Source: Neoconidiobolus thromboides FSU 785 (lineage: Eukaryota; Fungi; Entomophthoromycota). From it: a stretch of 64,000 nt of DNA. This document shows, piece after piece, positions 1 through 15,408 of this stretch (positions are counted from its first letter, which is position 1; each line of letters opens with the position of its first letter). Made by a program: the position numbers and the translations under genes. The stretch is from contig MU626260.1 in NCBI GenBank assembly GCA_025603075.1, forward strand, positions 248,001 through 312,000. Reading direction: 5' to 3'. The notes under the pieces were generated by a model. The model did not search any database. It saw only the letters and a list, made by a program, of their open reading frames with translations, and was not told the origin of the DNA.

Positions 1-381
1 AAGGAAACCAATCAAATCATTGCTAAACTTAAGACCTCCCGCACTATTCAATTTGTTGACTGGTCTCCATGTGGTTTCAAGGTTGGTATTAACAACCGTA
101 CCCCATCTGTCTTCCCAGACTCTGAACAAGCTCATGTGCCACGTGCTGTCTGTGCTCTTTCTAACAACACTGCTATTGCTGAAGCTTGGTCTCGTCTTGA
201 CCATAAATTCGATCTTATGTACGCCAAACGTGCTTTCGTACATTGGTATGTTGGTGAAGGTATGGAAGAAGGAGAATTTTCTGAAGCCAGAGAAGATCTT
301 GCTGCCCTTGAAAGAGATTACCAAGAAGTCGCTGTCGATTCTGCTGATCAAAACGATGAAGTTGTTGAAGATGACTATTAA
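1..381 (+). CDS. TUB1: Alpha-tubulin, 3' end (partial, divergent)
   Basis: Frame open from base 1: [15 protein letters not shown] ... [45 protein letters not shown], the alpha-tubulin C-terminus. Confidence 0.95.
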   Translation, partial: KETNQIIAKLKTSRTIQFVDWSPCGFKVGINNRTPSVFPDSEQAHVPRAVCALSNNTAIAEAWSRLDHKFDLMYAKRAFVHWYVGEGMEEGEFSEAREDLAALERDYQEVAVDSADQNDEVVEDDY

Positions 382-752
382 ATATTTTGGAAATAAATTA
401 TTGCTAGTTTGCTTAAGTGATATTCTTGTAATCAGAAATTTAGTTTTTTGTTCATTTAATATATCAATAGATTAAAAAGATCGAAAAGAGTATACTAATT
501 GTTTATAAGTAAATTACAATAGTTGCTAAAGAGTGTATAGCTTTATGAATTTAAAAGGAACCCTATAAATGGAGAATAATAATAAAAATATAACAGCCAT
601 TTAAAGTTCAACTAAGAAAATATAATAATCATGAAAATAAAACTAATCAAATAAAATGGTTTAAGATTACTCTGTATTATAAATAAGGCTTACTAAAATT
701 ATAACATTTTTATTGTAAAGAAGGAATATAATAAAATAAAGGAAATAATTAA

Positions 753-846
753 AGGTGTCTTTTTGGTTTTATCACTTTTTCCATTTTTTAAGCGCTGTTT
801 AAGTGGAAAAATTATTAGTAAAATTATTAAACAAAAGTATATCCCT
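753..846 (-). mobile_element. MITE copy, degenerate (orientation B)
   Basis: Core ACTTTTTCCATTTTTTAAGCGCTGTTTAAGTGGAAAA..TTAGTAAAATT matches the family; termini eroded. Confidence 0.7.
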
Positions 847-920
847 CCAACTTGAGAATGATAATCTTCAATTTGAATTTATTTATAATAACAGCTGGTA
901 TTTCTCAATAATTAATAGGC

Positions 921-993
921 GCCTGATTAGCTCAGTCGGTAGAGCATGAGACTTTTAATCTCAGGGTCATGGGTTCGAGCCCCATATCAGGCT
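921..993 (+). tRNA. tRNA-Lys(TTT)
   Basis: Acceptor stem GCCTGAT/ATCAGGC, D arm TAGCTCAGTCGGTAGAGC, anticodon arm TGAGA-CTTTTAA-TCTCA, T loop GGTTCGAGCC. Confidence 0.95.
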
Positions 994-1055
994 ACAAAGA
1001 TAGTCAATATTTTTGAAAGTAAATATTTTTTTGTTTGAAAATAAAATTAGTTTAT

Positions 1056-4000
1056 TTAAAGTTTTAAATGGGATATCCAAGCAGCTAAATAATCTTGATT
1101 CTGGTTTTCAGTATCTAAATTTTGGATTAAATTCGATAAATCAGCCAATAAAGCTAATGGCAATTCTTCTTGATTACTCTCAATCTTATGAATCTCATCA
1201 AACTCATTTGCTTTCTTTTCTGCTAATTGGATGACCTGATAATTTTTATATTTAATTAGTATAACTAAATTATACATCAGCTTATTAATAACTTACCAAA
1301 TCCGGGATTCCTGCCATGGATGCTACATTCATACCATAAGACTTAAGAAAACATTAATATATTGTAACTATTATTCCTTTATAAAAATTCACCTTGTTGC
1401 AAACCCCTTGTTTAAGTTTATATAAGAATTGAACCTTGTTTGAATTTGGTAACACTAAACAATCCATATGCATCATTTTAATTTTAGGATAATTGATAAA
1501 TTCGTTTGTTAGCATATGATAATGGGTAGAAAATAAGCCAAGGCATTGAATCTTTTGCAATAAGTAATATAGAACCGAATAAGCAATAGAATACCTAAAT
1601 ATTTAATTAAATATTTAATGAATTTCGATAATAAACAAGTTTACCCATCAAAAGTAGATGTACCTCTACCAAGCTCATCTAAAATAATTAATGAATTTTT
1701 GGTTGCTTCTTTTAAAATTCGACTCGTTTCTGAAAGCTCTACCATAAAGGTGGATTGCCCAGCTAATATATTATCATTAGCACCTAAAAAAATTAATGAT
1801 TATTCTAAATCAATTCAACTAAATAGCTACCAATTCTAGTAAAGATACTATCAAACGGAGTTAACTCACAGTACTCTGCTGGTACAAAACAACCCACTTG
1901 AGCCATAATAATGATAATACATATCTTAAATATTAATATTACTACTATATACTCATAGATAAAAACGACTTACTTGTCTTAAAATAGTTGATTTACCACC
2001 CATATTCGGTCCAGTTAATAACAAAACATTAGGGTCACTACCTCCAAGTTTAACATCATTAGGAATAAAATCAGTGCTAAACAAAATTAATATTGAATAA
2101 CCGATCAAAAACGATTTTACCTTTGAAACAAACAAGGATGCCTAGCATTAACTAATTTGAAGTGAGAATCTGAAGTAGCAGGATCTTTAAATTTAGGACG
2201 AGTACAAGGCTCTAAAATCTTGTTTGAGTATTTTATATTAGCTCAAATAATTTTAGCTTACCTCCAATTAAGATAGCTGCTTTATAAAAAGAAAAGATAG
2301 CATCTAAAGTAGATAAAGCATTTACAGCTTTCATCCAAGTTTTGTAATTTTGATCAAATTTAAACAAAACTTCTCTTTGGATCTCTTTTAAAATACCTGT
2401 TCTTATCTCTTTTGTCTCTTCATATTCTTTTACTAATTTAATCGTAAATGGAGTTCTATATCTTTTAACTGCCTATTAATTAATAATAGTTAGTTACCAT
2501 TCGTATTTGACTTTTTATAAATTACTTTCGTTTGAGATACTTTAATCCAATTATTTGGTATCTTAAGATCAGCAGGGGCTTCTATTAAACATACTTCTCT
2601 GTTAATATCCTTATAAACTAATTTTTGATTCCTAAATATGGTTAATTTTAAGTTTTATAAGATAAATTACATTATTACTTTAATGCCTTCTTTTGTTCAT
2701 TTAAATATACTTGAAATTGAGTTTCAACCTCTTTAATTTTATTTTCTATATTATCATATTTCTGTTCCACTCCGGCAAATGGTACAACAATACCTATTAT
2801 ATCTAATTTCTTGTATCAAAAATTATCAATAGTTGGGTTACCTTCTTTAATCGCAAGCTCATGATCAAATCCAAGTTCAAAATAACTTAATTTTTCAGTA
2901 AGATCTGGAAAGTCATTGACTATTTTTTTTAATAATAAAGATTGAGAATTCGTTAACAATGGTTTCAATTCATTAAAGATTAACTAAAAATTAATTGATA
3001 TTAAAATAATAATAATGATATAATCAAATTTTACTTGAATTTCTTTAAATGCTTTAATTACAGTTAATAACTGTTTGATATTTATAGAACCTGCATGGAT
3101 TCTTGATAATATTCTTTCCAAATCTGGTATTCCTACCAATCGTTTTGAAAATTCTATAATAATGTAAATACAATTGTATCATCTTATATTATATTATATA
3201 TTACCTTGGATTTCCATATCATCCATAATACATTGAATAGCATCCAATCTTTGATTAATTAAGTTGATATCTCTTAATGGATGACATATCCATAATTTAA
3301 CCAATCTCTTACCACTTGGTGTCACGGCATGATTTATTAGATTAAATAAAGTACCCTCTTTACCTTCATCTGAATTTTCTAGTATTTGTAAATTTATCAA
3401 AGTTTGTCCATCTAATAATAATGTGTTTTTTGACCATTTATCTTGCAAAGTATGAATATTTTTTAAACTGATCAAATCCTTATCTAATTTTAAGGTTTGC
3501 AAGTAATAAGTTAAACCTCCAAAAGCAGAAAGTGACAACTGATCCTTCATAATTTCATTTAATGCGAGTGGCCACTGCGTTACATCTTCTGTACCAAAAT
3601 ATTGATTCCTTTTAATCTCCATTAAAGTATTAGTATGATCATAGAACTCCAACTCAGGCGCAATTGGATTTTTTAAAACATCTGGTAAGTATAATTTAAG
3701 TAACTTTAATACACTATTTGTTATTCTTCCCTTTTCATATACGATTTCTTTTGGTTTATATTGCAAAAAAAATGTTTCTAATTTCGATAATTGAGCATCA
3801 TCATAGATTGCACCAATTCTAAACTCTGCCATTGAAGTATCAACTAAAGCAACCCCAAATGAATTGTTGACTTGTTTGAGTGCTAAACAATAATTTGATT
3901 CATCATTACGTATCATATTGGAGTCCACTAAGGTACCTTTTGTTAATATCGAAGTTAATTCTCTTCGAATAACATTTTCTGTTTTTCTACCTTTGTTTTC

Positions 4001-5381
4001 TTTTTCTCTTAATGTTTTACCAACTGCAGATTCCATTTGATCTACTTTGGCTACTTTGTATCCTTGAGCAATAAACTTGCCTGCCCAAAACTCAAAGTTG
4101 CCTTCTGGAAATCCTGCCATCTTCATATTGACTCGATCGGTGACTTTTAAATCAAACTTTTGATGGCCAATAATAGCATCATCTTCGTATAACTCATAAA
4201 ATTTACCCTTTTTAAAGAATACTACAGTATCATAATGTGTGGATTTAATCTCCCAAAATTGACGCTCAAATGGTGTAAATTTATTCCATGCACTCTGTGG
4301 GATATATAATGTTCGAATATCATAATCTGGATGATCTAGTTTTATTTGATTATCACCCATTTCGTTATTATGTTTATTATCCTACCTGGCGGATTTTTAT
4401 TCGCATCTAATACGTTGACTAACCAAGGATATCTTTCTTCAGCATTATTTTTTAATTTCTAAGACTGTTAATAAATTTATCGAATATTTGAATATAATCT
4501 TACACTAGGTGTGAATCCACTGTCCTTTTTAGTAACACCACCAGAAGCGAAATTCTGTAAAAATTAAATAAAGCATTAAATAAATAAAATACTGCTTTTA
4601 CCCGTAATCTATTAGACCCAGATTTAGGTGAGCTATTTGCCTTTAAATTTTAATTAATTATTTTTTCTTATTACAATAAAAATAGTTACTTGATTAACAA
4701 TTGTTGGACTTTCTTTAACTTTAATAGTTTCTACTTTTTTATCAAGTTGATTGAGAAAATTGGCTAATGAAAAATAAATTTTGATTAAAATTATTTAAAG
4801 GGGATCTTACATATATCCCTTTCTTCATCTGTATCCATATCAAGATCAAAATCTTCTTTAATAATCTTACTTCGTGGTTCATCTTTATACTCTTTATCGC
4901 TGTCTACTTGTTTTTGCTAAATAACTATGTTTTGTCATGACGAAAACTTACCTTGGTTCTCTTCATCACTGGAATACAAATATTTAATAGCCCTTGTTTG
5001 TCTTCCACTCTATAATTATGTTTTAATCGTTTCTTCATTACATTTTTCATTTCATTTTACCCTAGTTTTTATCACCTCTTCTTCTATCGCTGGTTCAATA
5101 CCATCACCCATATCATCGTCATTTACTTTACTCAAATTTAAATCAAATTTTTGTCTTGTTTTAGATAGTTTATCATCTCCAGTCATATTCTCCCCATTTC
5201 TGTTTCCATATTTATTTTCTTCTTTACCAAGGTCTGAAGGCTTTTTTTCAATCTTAGTAAAAAAAGATAAAAGCGAAGTTTGAACACTTTTCTTTCCCCC
5301 GTCTCGTTGACTACCATTACTTGGTTGTGAGTTGGCTTTTGATGGAGTTCGATTTGGTGTAATGATTTTTTTTGGATCCAT
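1056..5381 (-). CDS. MSH6: DNA mismatch repair protein MSH6 (multi-exon)
   Basis: [12 protein letters not shown] mismatch-binding motif, Walker [15 protein letters not shown]|[20 protein letters not shown] across an intron, STHYH, FLYKL. The N-terminal Q.SLLSFF motif is PIP-box-like. Start taken at MDPKK (5381). Confidence 0.95.
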
Positions 5382-5755
5382 TGATGATATAAAAACAAAA
5401 CAAATTTCGAGTATTTTTGAGTTTTTAAGCATTTTAAAAAATAGCAAATTGAATCTAATCTTTAACTTATTAGGTAGATTCATAGTTAAGCTACTATTTG
5501 ATTATTTGAAATGATTGAAGATTAGCCAAAAAAATCAAAATGAATAATACTAATTTAATTTAATTTACATTTATTTATATCAGTAGTTTATTAAATAAAT
5601 TTTTAAGTTATAGAAAATAAATATAACATTTATCAACCTTGTCACCAAACCTTATAATTCCCCATGAAAGTGAAAAACAAAACTATACTTAAAATATTTA
5701 GTAAACAATTTGGGTTTATTAAATAATACTAAAAACCTTATTAACCACTTAGAAC

Positions 5756-7223
<1,468 letters not shown>

Positions 7224-7746
7224 ACTAATTAAAAAAATTATTTCCGATTTCAATTTATAGTCAACTTGTGCTAAGGGGTTTTGATCTAATTTAATTGGCT
7301 ACCTTTGCAAAGCCCAAAAGAGAGTCAGTTAAAGTTGGTGCTTGATTGGACAAATTAGGTATGGTAGAATAGTATTGGCCAATATGCCTTTTATGCCTTA
7401 GTACTTGATCAATTTGCATTAGAAGAGGATAAAACCACGATGATTTTAACAGTAAAATATAGATTTAACCACCTTTATTAAAATATTAGAACTTCATATT
7501 GAGAACTTTATTTATTTTTATTTTTATTTTTAAAACATACTTACAATGTGTATTAATAATATTGAATTATTGATTATTTTTAACAATTTAAATACTAATA
7601 TAATAATAAAATAGATATTGAACGATAAATAATTTTAATTCAAAAAGCAAAAATTTTATTTCAAAAATAAAATCCAAGTTGATTTAAAGTATAATATATA
7701 TTGAATAGTGATAAAGATGCTCCATTATAAAAAAATGGTATTTAAG

Positions 7747-9007
7747 TTACCATTGAAACTCCCCAGTAGCTTTAGAGAATAAATATTCTTTTCCATTAAC
7801 AAGAATAATACCATCTTTAAGATTGCATCTCCATCTGTTTTTAGTACGTGATACCTAAACGTCTATTAGATCATTTTATGGTATTAAATATTATAATACT
7901 TTATCGTATTGACAAAGGATAATATGTTCAGCACTATCTTTATCTCCATCTTCTCCTTCATCCTCTTCAGAATCATCTAGATCAGAATTAATTGCATCCT
8001 AATTAAATTAAAATATAATTTTAAATTTAAAAAAACATTAATACATCTTCTTCGTCATCTTCACCACCCTCTCCCTCTAATTGATTCAAGTTTTTGTTTC
8101 CATACTTTTCCATTATTTTCTTGTTTAAAATTTTATCTGCTTCCTAAAATAAATTTAATTAATTTGTCACAAAACTTACTATATTCATTCATACTTCTCT
8201 TGAAACCTTATCTTCATTAATGTTTTTTTCATTTTTCATTCCTGGTAAATCGTTTGCTCCATCTAACTGTGGTAATCTATTAATAGTTGGTTTTGAGTCC
8301 TTATAATATTCAGAGTTATTATTCGAGAAACTAGCATCCTGTGAATAATTATGGTAATCTGGTTTGTATGGTGCAGGAGCACTACGTTTAGTAAATAAAT
8401 CATCATTAGTTACTGCTGAATTACTGTGAGAAGGAAATGAACTGGTGTTATTGACATTGACTAAGTTTGCTAAATTGGCTGCTGCGTAGTTTTCTACATT
8501 TGGGTGAGGCTCCATTAGACTACTGTAGCTTATAGAAGTGGAGTTACTTGCTTGAGGGTATGTACGCTCTTGGGTGCTTATCTAACATAAATTGTTATTA
8601 ACTTATATCTCAGTTTTAAGCCAATTTACAGTATCGTAATATTTTGAATAGGTATCTTCTCCAGGTCCAGGTGGTGCTGGGTTGCTAGTTGATATAACTC
8701 GTGGTACAAAGGCATTGAAGTCCGCCACGTTTGAGTTTGATAACTTGGTCTCCCAGAGCTAAATATTAATTTAATATTGTGATAATAGTAAAATAACGTA
8801 TTTAAGTGGCCTTAATCATAACATTAAATTGATATAAAGTACCTTTTCTAATTCTTGTAAAACTGTTAAATCGATACCATTTTCTTCAAACTCCTTTTGG
8901 GCATTATTAAGAACTTCTTTCATAATATGACCATAAACCGTAGGCTTTTATAACTTAGCACAAATTTAAAACAAAATATAGTGTATTACCACAACAGTGT
9001 TTGACAT
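7747..9007 (-). CDS. TOA1: TFIIA large (alpha/beta) subunit (multi-exon)
   Basis: N-terminus MSNTVV|PTVY..LQELEK|LWETKL; C-terminus DAINSDLDD..IILCQYDK|VSRTKNRWRCNLKDGI..FSKATGEFQW*. Confidence 0.92.
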
Positions 9008-9678
9008 TTTTACTTATTAGTCTAAATAAATATTGGTTTCTTTTTCTCTATCTCTTTTGAAAAGTTAATATTTATATTCCAAATTTTATCCACTTTTATG
9101 ATAAAATAAAAGGATAAGATATACTAATATCTTAACAACACCGTGTAATAAAATAGGTTAATACCTTTAACGAAGTAGCCCCAATATTTTTATATAAAAA
9201 TATTTGTGAGCTATTTAAGTATAAAAAACAATATCTAGTTTGTTTAAATACTCCAACCTGACACTCTCTTCCCATTTGAAAACTTAGCCATCCACTTAAA
9301 ATAATTGGTTCTTTTAAATCGCAGCTGAACTAAGCTAAATTACTCCCAATTAAATTCGTTAGGACTACAAAGTGCTGCGATGATTCGCAGCTATGAAAAG
9401 CTGATTAAAAATTAATATTAGATTAGTTGCTAAAAGTGAACTAGATAAGCTGAGTTTACAAGCTTTAAAAAGGTTTAACACTTGCTCTGGAAATAGCATG
9501 TTTTTTGTATTTTTTCATATTTTTCGTATAATAAATTTTAGATTGTGATATCAGTTTTATAACTTTAACTTATTGGAATGTTAATATGTATGTAGCGTTT
9601 CTACTTCATTATAAGGTGTTTTTCCTTTATATATAGTATTTTAAATGCTTTATTTTAATTTAATATAAAACTATATAT

Positions 9679-9778
9679 GGGAATGCTTTTTTTGATTTCA
9701 TTACTTTTTCCACCTTTTAAGCGCTATTTGAGCGGAAAATTTGTTAGTAAAATTCTTATAATACAAGAATACATCCCC
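9679..9778 (-). mobile_element. MITE copy (orientation B)
   Basis: ATAT|GGGAATG...ACATCCCC|ATAT. Confidence 0.9.
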
Positions 9779-9782
9779 ATAT

Positions 9783-9876
9783 GGAGATGTTTTTTATGTT
9801 AAGAATTTTACCAACAGTTTTTCCACTCATAGCGCTTAAAAGATGGAAAAAGTGATGAAGTCAAAAAAACACCCCC
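9783..9876 (+). mobile_element. MITE copy (orientation A), abutting the previous copy
   Basis: ATAT|GGAGATG...ACACCCCC|ATAT; shares the central ATAT with the 9679-9778 copy. Confidence 0.88.
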
Positions 9877-10818
9877 ATATAGTAATTTTTGTTAATTTTG
9901 ATTTTTTGTATATAGCACCGTTACTGAAAAATAAAGTTTAATTGTACTACATGATATAATAACATCTATTATTATATTGCTTCAATATTTAATGTTTTTG
10001 AGATTAACCTCTTTGTTGAAATATTCTATTGTGATAAAAATATTGCGATCAATAAATACTAGACTTTTTATTATAAAATTAAGGCTAAATGGAAAAACTA
10101 CATGTAAACATTTTAAAACAGCACTTTAGCCCATTAAAATTCGACTTTAAACAGAATATGTAACCTATAATATACATTATATCGTCGAAAGTATTATAAA
10201 CGTATTATGAATTCAAATAAACCACCTGATATTAAAGTAGAATCAATTTAGTTAAGCAAAAAATAAAAGGATATCTTATTATCATATGCCTCATACTATA
10301 CTTTTTATACGATAATTCATAAAATAGTGATATTTGTATGCTCAAGATGTTGACTTAATTTACAGTATGAATCTCTTTGATTTGAATATACTTGTGTAAT
10401 AACTAATCTTATATAGTATATTAAATTCGGGGAATTAAGTAATCCCATAAAGAATCATAAAATACTTAATTTAGTTACATCTATTGCGGAGAGATCCTAA
10501 TGTAAAAACAGTATAAAAGCATTCCACATCAAATGAGATTGGTTGGTTTACATTTTGATGAGGTTGTTTCACTCAGCCTAAGCCAATAATGAATAGCTTG
10601 GTTGCTTTGAACCAATAAAATGCAGCCTTCTTTGAATCAAATCTGCTTTATCCATTTTACTACAAGTGCTTTCACCCAATAGGAGAATGTTATGACTCAA
10701 CATAAAAAGTGGAGGGAAAGATTGAAAATTTTTTAAGATCTATAACAGTGAAAACAATTCATTACCTAACCTTGGGAATATAAAACAACTGATATAAAAT
10801 AAAATAAATATAATAACA

Positions 10819-13661
10819 ATGTCTCATCGCGCCAGAAGTCAACGGAACTATTATCCTAGAAAATTAAGAGACGAGTCAGATGAAATCACTTTATTACGTG
10901 CTCGCTACTCTCAAATTTTAGCCTCATTAAACGAAATATTCCCAGATTGGTCTGATGAGGACCTTTTATATACGCTTCAAGACACTCAAGGAGACTTTGA
11001 ACTTGCTGTTTCTCGCATTTCAGAAGGTATTTAATATTGCTTTTAAATGTTTAGTTATTAATATTTTAGGATTCGCTACTCAATGGGGTGAGGTCAAAAC
11101 CCGCAAGCCTAAAAAAGAAAGCTTCACAGAACCAGCTGAAGAAATCCCTACTAAAATAGTCCGCTCACAAGAATCTAAGAAAGGCAAAGGTTCAATAAAC
11201 CAAAAGAATTTCAAAAATACAAAAAGTACTATATTTATTTTTAAAAACTTGTGATACTAATTTATTTTAGCTCCTATAAGTGAATCTGAGCGTAAATCAG
11301 CAAAAAGCACCTACCGAATAAATGATGAAGGCACACTCACACCATCCGAACAAGGAGCGAGTGATTCTGGTCAAAAGGAAGCAAATAGTTCTTCAACAAA
11401 GGTTCAAAATACACCTCCCGCAAGTACATGGGCATCAAGAATTGCTAAAGCAGCATCCAAAAGAGATACAGCCAATAGTAAACCAACTGCGATAAGGACA
11501 TCAAGTTCAGGTCAAGAAAACTCAGATGTTACGTCAAATAAACATACTAGGCAACCAAATTCCTCAGAGAATAACAGTTCTAATATAAACGATTTGAATG
11601 ATGAATCAGAATGGCCAACAACAAATGGAAAGTCAGAAACAGCAGTTAAAAAGGAAGCAAACCCCATTCCTGAAAATTCATGGGCTAAAATAGCAAGGTA
11701 AGTATAAAACTTTAAGTAGATAAAAGCACTTTTTTAATTCGAATTATAGTCGCTCACAGAAACCTAAACCTAAACCTAAACCAGAATCTGAGGTAGTAAC
11801 AAATGGGCAAGACAAGGAAGAAGGCAAACAAGGTTTGGTTGAATCATCAACTACTGAAGAAAAGAAACCAATCAATGAAGGAGCAAAAGTAACAAAAGTA
11901 ACAAAAGTAACAAAAGTAACGAAAGTAACGAAAGTAAAATCAGACGAGAGTGAAACTAATGAAAAAGAATCTAAGGAAACCTCAGAGCAAGAAAGTGTAA
12001 ATAATAAAATTCAAAGCTCAGATAAAAACGCTGAAGAACCTTTACCACTAAGGGAAATAGATCTTAGTAAGAACACTTCAAACGGAGGTGAAATTTGCTT
12101 AGATGAAGTTATGGCATCTATGCTCGAGGAAAAAGCTACCATCGGAAACGACACAACTAATCATTTGTCTAACGGAGACCAACATTCAAACTCATCGTCT
12201 CGCGGTAGTGAGAGTGGGGTTGTCCTTAATAAGTCTGTTGCCTCTAGAATAAGTGACGCTAGTGATAAACTTGATAAATTCGATAGAGTTGATAACCACG
12301 ATTCTGGCAATACCCAAGAAACTAGACAAGACAACGAATATCCAAAGTAATATACAGTTGTATTCATTTATTTATTTATTCTAATTTTTGTAGAACTCCC
12401 GAAACACTAAAGTCACCTGACACTTCAGTTAAGCAAGGTCCACCTGGAATTGCCTCAGCAGGCTCTGGTAAAGTACCTCCACCTGGCCTCCCGGTTGGCG
12501 GCCCACCAGGGATTCCAAACCCAGCCCGTGGTAATAGTAGACCTGTAGCTCCAGCTAGGCAAGCTAGTTTCACAGCAAATAGTTATAACGCAACTAACGA
12601 ACAGCAAACTCAACATGTATCCAACGAAGAAGTATCTAAACAGAACATCGAAGCCAATGAAAATGGCCATCAAAACGATGCTACTCTAACAGATAAAAAT
12701 GGTGACATAGAACCTAAATCTAATGTAACTTTTTTATTTAAACGAGTCAATCAATATTAATGCAATTTTAGGATCAAACATTTACTGAAACGCCCCAAAC
12801 GCAAAATGCCCAGACTCAAAACCATCAACCTCAAGGTCCACAAGGCAACCCAGAGGGCCCACATCAAAGTAACCCACAAGTCAACCAACAAGGTAATCCA
12901 CAAGGTAATCCACAAGGTAATCCACAAGGTAATCCACAAGGTAATCCACAAGGTAATCCACAAGAAAATCCAATGCATCCAACTCATTTCATCCATTATC
13001 CTGGATACCTTCCCCAACCTCATCTCCATGGTATGCATCCGCCACATATGCTTAATCAGGGTATGCCACAAGGTCAAAATAATTATATGCCATATTATGG
13101 CCAATACAACTATCCACCCGGCCATTATAACCCATATATGCATGGGAATAACTATACCCTTCAATTTGCACAAAAGTCTCTAGGAAATTATGAAGAAAAC
13201 GGAAATGGATTTAACCAAAATCAATCCAATACATCTCAAGAACCTAATGCATATAATCAAAACTTCCAAGGTAATCTAGGTTTAGTATATATATGTTAAT
13301 ATATTAATATTTTTTAGGTCAAAATAATGCATATGATAAGACAAAAGGCAAAGGATTTGAACAAGGTGGTAGCGAAGCATCCCACCCACCTCAACCAATG
13401 CCACCAATGGGTTACGGTGGCTTTCCATACGGTGGAATGCCATATCAACCTCAAGGAGTACCTAACGATGGATCTGTTTATTATCCACACCCATACTACC
13501 CTCAACAAAACCAAATGTTTGGATATCCTAATCAACAACCTGTCCCTCCTCATCTTCAACATATTCCTCCATATCATCAAAACCACGCCCCTCACCCTCA
13601 GCAACAGCAACACTACCATAATAATGCTAATACACGCTATCCTAACAACTGGTCTGGCTAG
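10819..13661 (+). CDS. DEF1: DEF1-like protein: N-terminal CUE/UBA-like domain plus long low-complexity Q/N/P/Y-rich region (multi-exon)
   Basis: LNEIFPDWSDEDLLYTLQDTQGDFELAVSRISEG|FATQWGEVKTRK is the Def1-type N-terminus. Canonical introns join the downstream ORFs to the stop at 13661. Confidence 0.75.
11885..11938 (+). repeat. 9-bp coding minisatellite, 6 units (KVT)n
   Basis: (A/G)AAAGTAAC x5 plus GAAAGTAAA, in frame in the DEF1-like exon. Confidence 0.95.
12889..12960 (+). repeat. 12-bp coding minisatellite, 6 perfect units (QGNP)n
   Basis: CAAGGTAATCCA x6, in the frame that continues into MHPTHFIHY at 12973. Confidence 0.95.
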
Positions 13662-14690
13662 CTAACAATGTACTAATTTGGATTTATATTTTTATTCCTT
13701 ATACAATTACTTTTAAATTTTTCTACGACTGCTTTGCCTTAGAATAGTGCTTTATTTCATTTTACTTTAATAATAACCATTTTCAGGGAGTAAATTTTTA
13801 TTTGAAATTCTTTATATTTCCATCTTTTTTAAAACCAAGACTTTATGCTATATTAACAATAGGTATTATAATAAACAAAGTTGTATCATGATTGATTTTT
13901 TATAAGTCATGAAAAACGTTTATATAATTTAATGTTCTAAAATAAAAATAAGATATTACGATATTAAATGTTTATAAAGAGAGGTATTTTAGATTATAAA
14001 ACTAGTAGACAAAAATTCATTTCCAAATAAAATCAAAATCTGAATTAAAAAAATGCTGCATATACTACTATTGAATATCTTTTTGATATATCAGTAACTA
14101 TGAAATATATTTTTAGGTATATTGTTGGTATTAGAACTCATTTATAAATAATAACCATTTAACTAGCCCTATAGACATGTTTTTTTGAATTTCATGTTCC
14201 AAGCTATGCAGAAAATGATAAAATACCAAAACGAAAAAGCCATTCCTTTATTTAAGATTAATTACTGCACATTTTTGATTTGCTTTATGATCCACTTGCT
14301 TTGAAGATTACATCTATCGTGTTTAAAGGTACTCTTAGTTATTCACATGAGTTAGGCCACTAATTTGCTTGTTAATAATTAACTGTAAAACCAACAGCTT
14401 ATTTTGTTAGTAAATTTGTACAAGATCACGATTTAAATCAATCTGACACCTTTGCTAGCTTCGCACTTTAAGTCGTTTACAGGGTAGTACGAGTTTTACA
14501 ATAGTTTTTAAGGTAACTATAACCATAATAAAATGAAGAAATAGGTTGAAAAAACTATATAATTGAATTGATACTATATTCTTGACATTTGTACAGTTTG
14601 TTTTTACTAGAAATACTATAAATATTAGAATTACTCATACTAAACCATTAGGACAACAAAACTTTTATGAAACTTTTTTTTAAAATATAT

Positions 14691-14787
14691 GGGAGTGTTT
14701 TTTTGACTTCATTACTTTTTCCATTTTTTAAGCACTATTTAAGTGGAAAATTTGTTAGTAAAATTCTTAACACAAAAATGCATCCAC
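14691..14787 (-). mobile_element. MITE copy (orientation B)
   Basis: ATAT|GGGAGTG...GCATCCAC|ATAT. Confidence 0.88.
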
Positions 14788-15408
14788 ATATAATGATTAT
14801 TATATAAATTTATACGGCTATTGTATGCTTTAGAACTTAATGCTAATAAATTTTTAACAATGATATTTTTTTAAAACTTAAATTCGCTTACTTATAGCAA
14901 TTAGATATCTTAAAATATAATAACTGCTTGAAATTTTACAGCAATAGCGCAATATAAATAATAAGCCTTAACATACCTAATATATTTTATCAAAAGCATA
15001 ATAAATAAGTAAAATCAAATGTTTAAATAAATTCTAAAGGGAATTTCGGAAATGTTTTTTGCTTTTATTTTTTTATACTAATGACTGAAATTTTGTGTTT
15101 CAATAAAAACAAATCATAAGAATGTCATAAAGTCAACTATAAACTAATTAGTCCATCTTCAAATTGTCTTCATTTTTACATTCTCTATTTTAATTACTTA
15201 AAGCCATCTTGAAACCCCGGTTCACCCTCCACTCAATAAACCAAGCAACTATCTTCATATTTCCTCGTAAATATTTGAGTCTAATATAGTGTATCCTATG
15301 ATAGTATGATGTTCTAATATAGTAATAGATTTTACTGTCATTAGTCATATTAAAAATAAATCAAAAATAAATAATTTTTTATTGTTTTTAGTTTATTAAA
15401 TTTCTTTA

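Noticed and set aside
10540-10690. CCAAT/ATTGG cluster upstream of DEF1 (similar sites at ~54515-54546)
   Set aside because: Plausible ordinary promoter elements, but 5-mers cannot be distinguished from chance here.
12889-12960. CRISPR-like array
   Set aside because: Tandem units with no spacers, inside a eukaryotic exon.
12757-13665. Overlapping and antisense ORFs such as (WITL)n, (KVIH)n and 13327-13665
   Set aside because: Shadow frames of the DEF1-like coding repeats.
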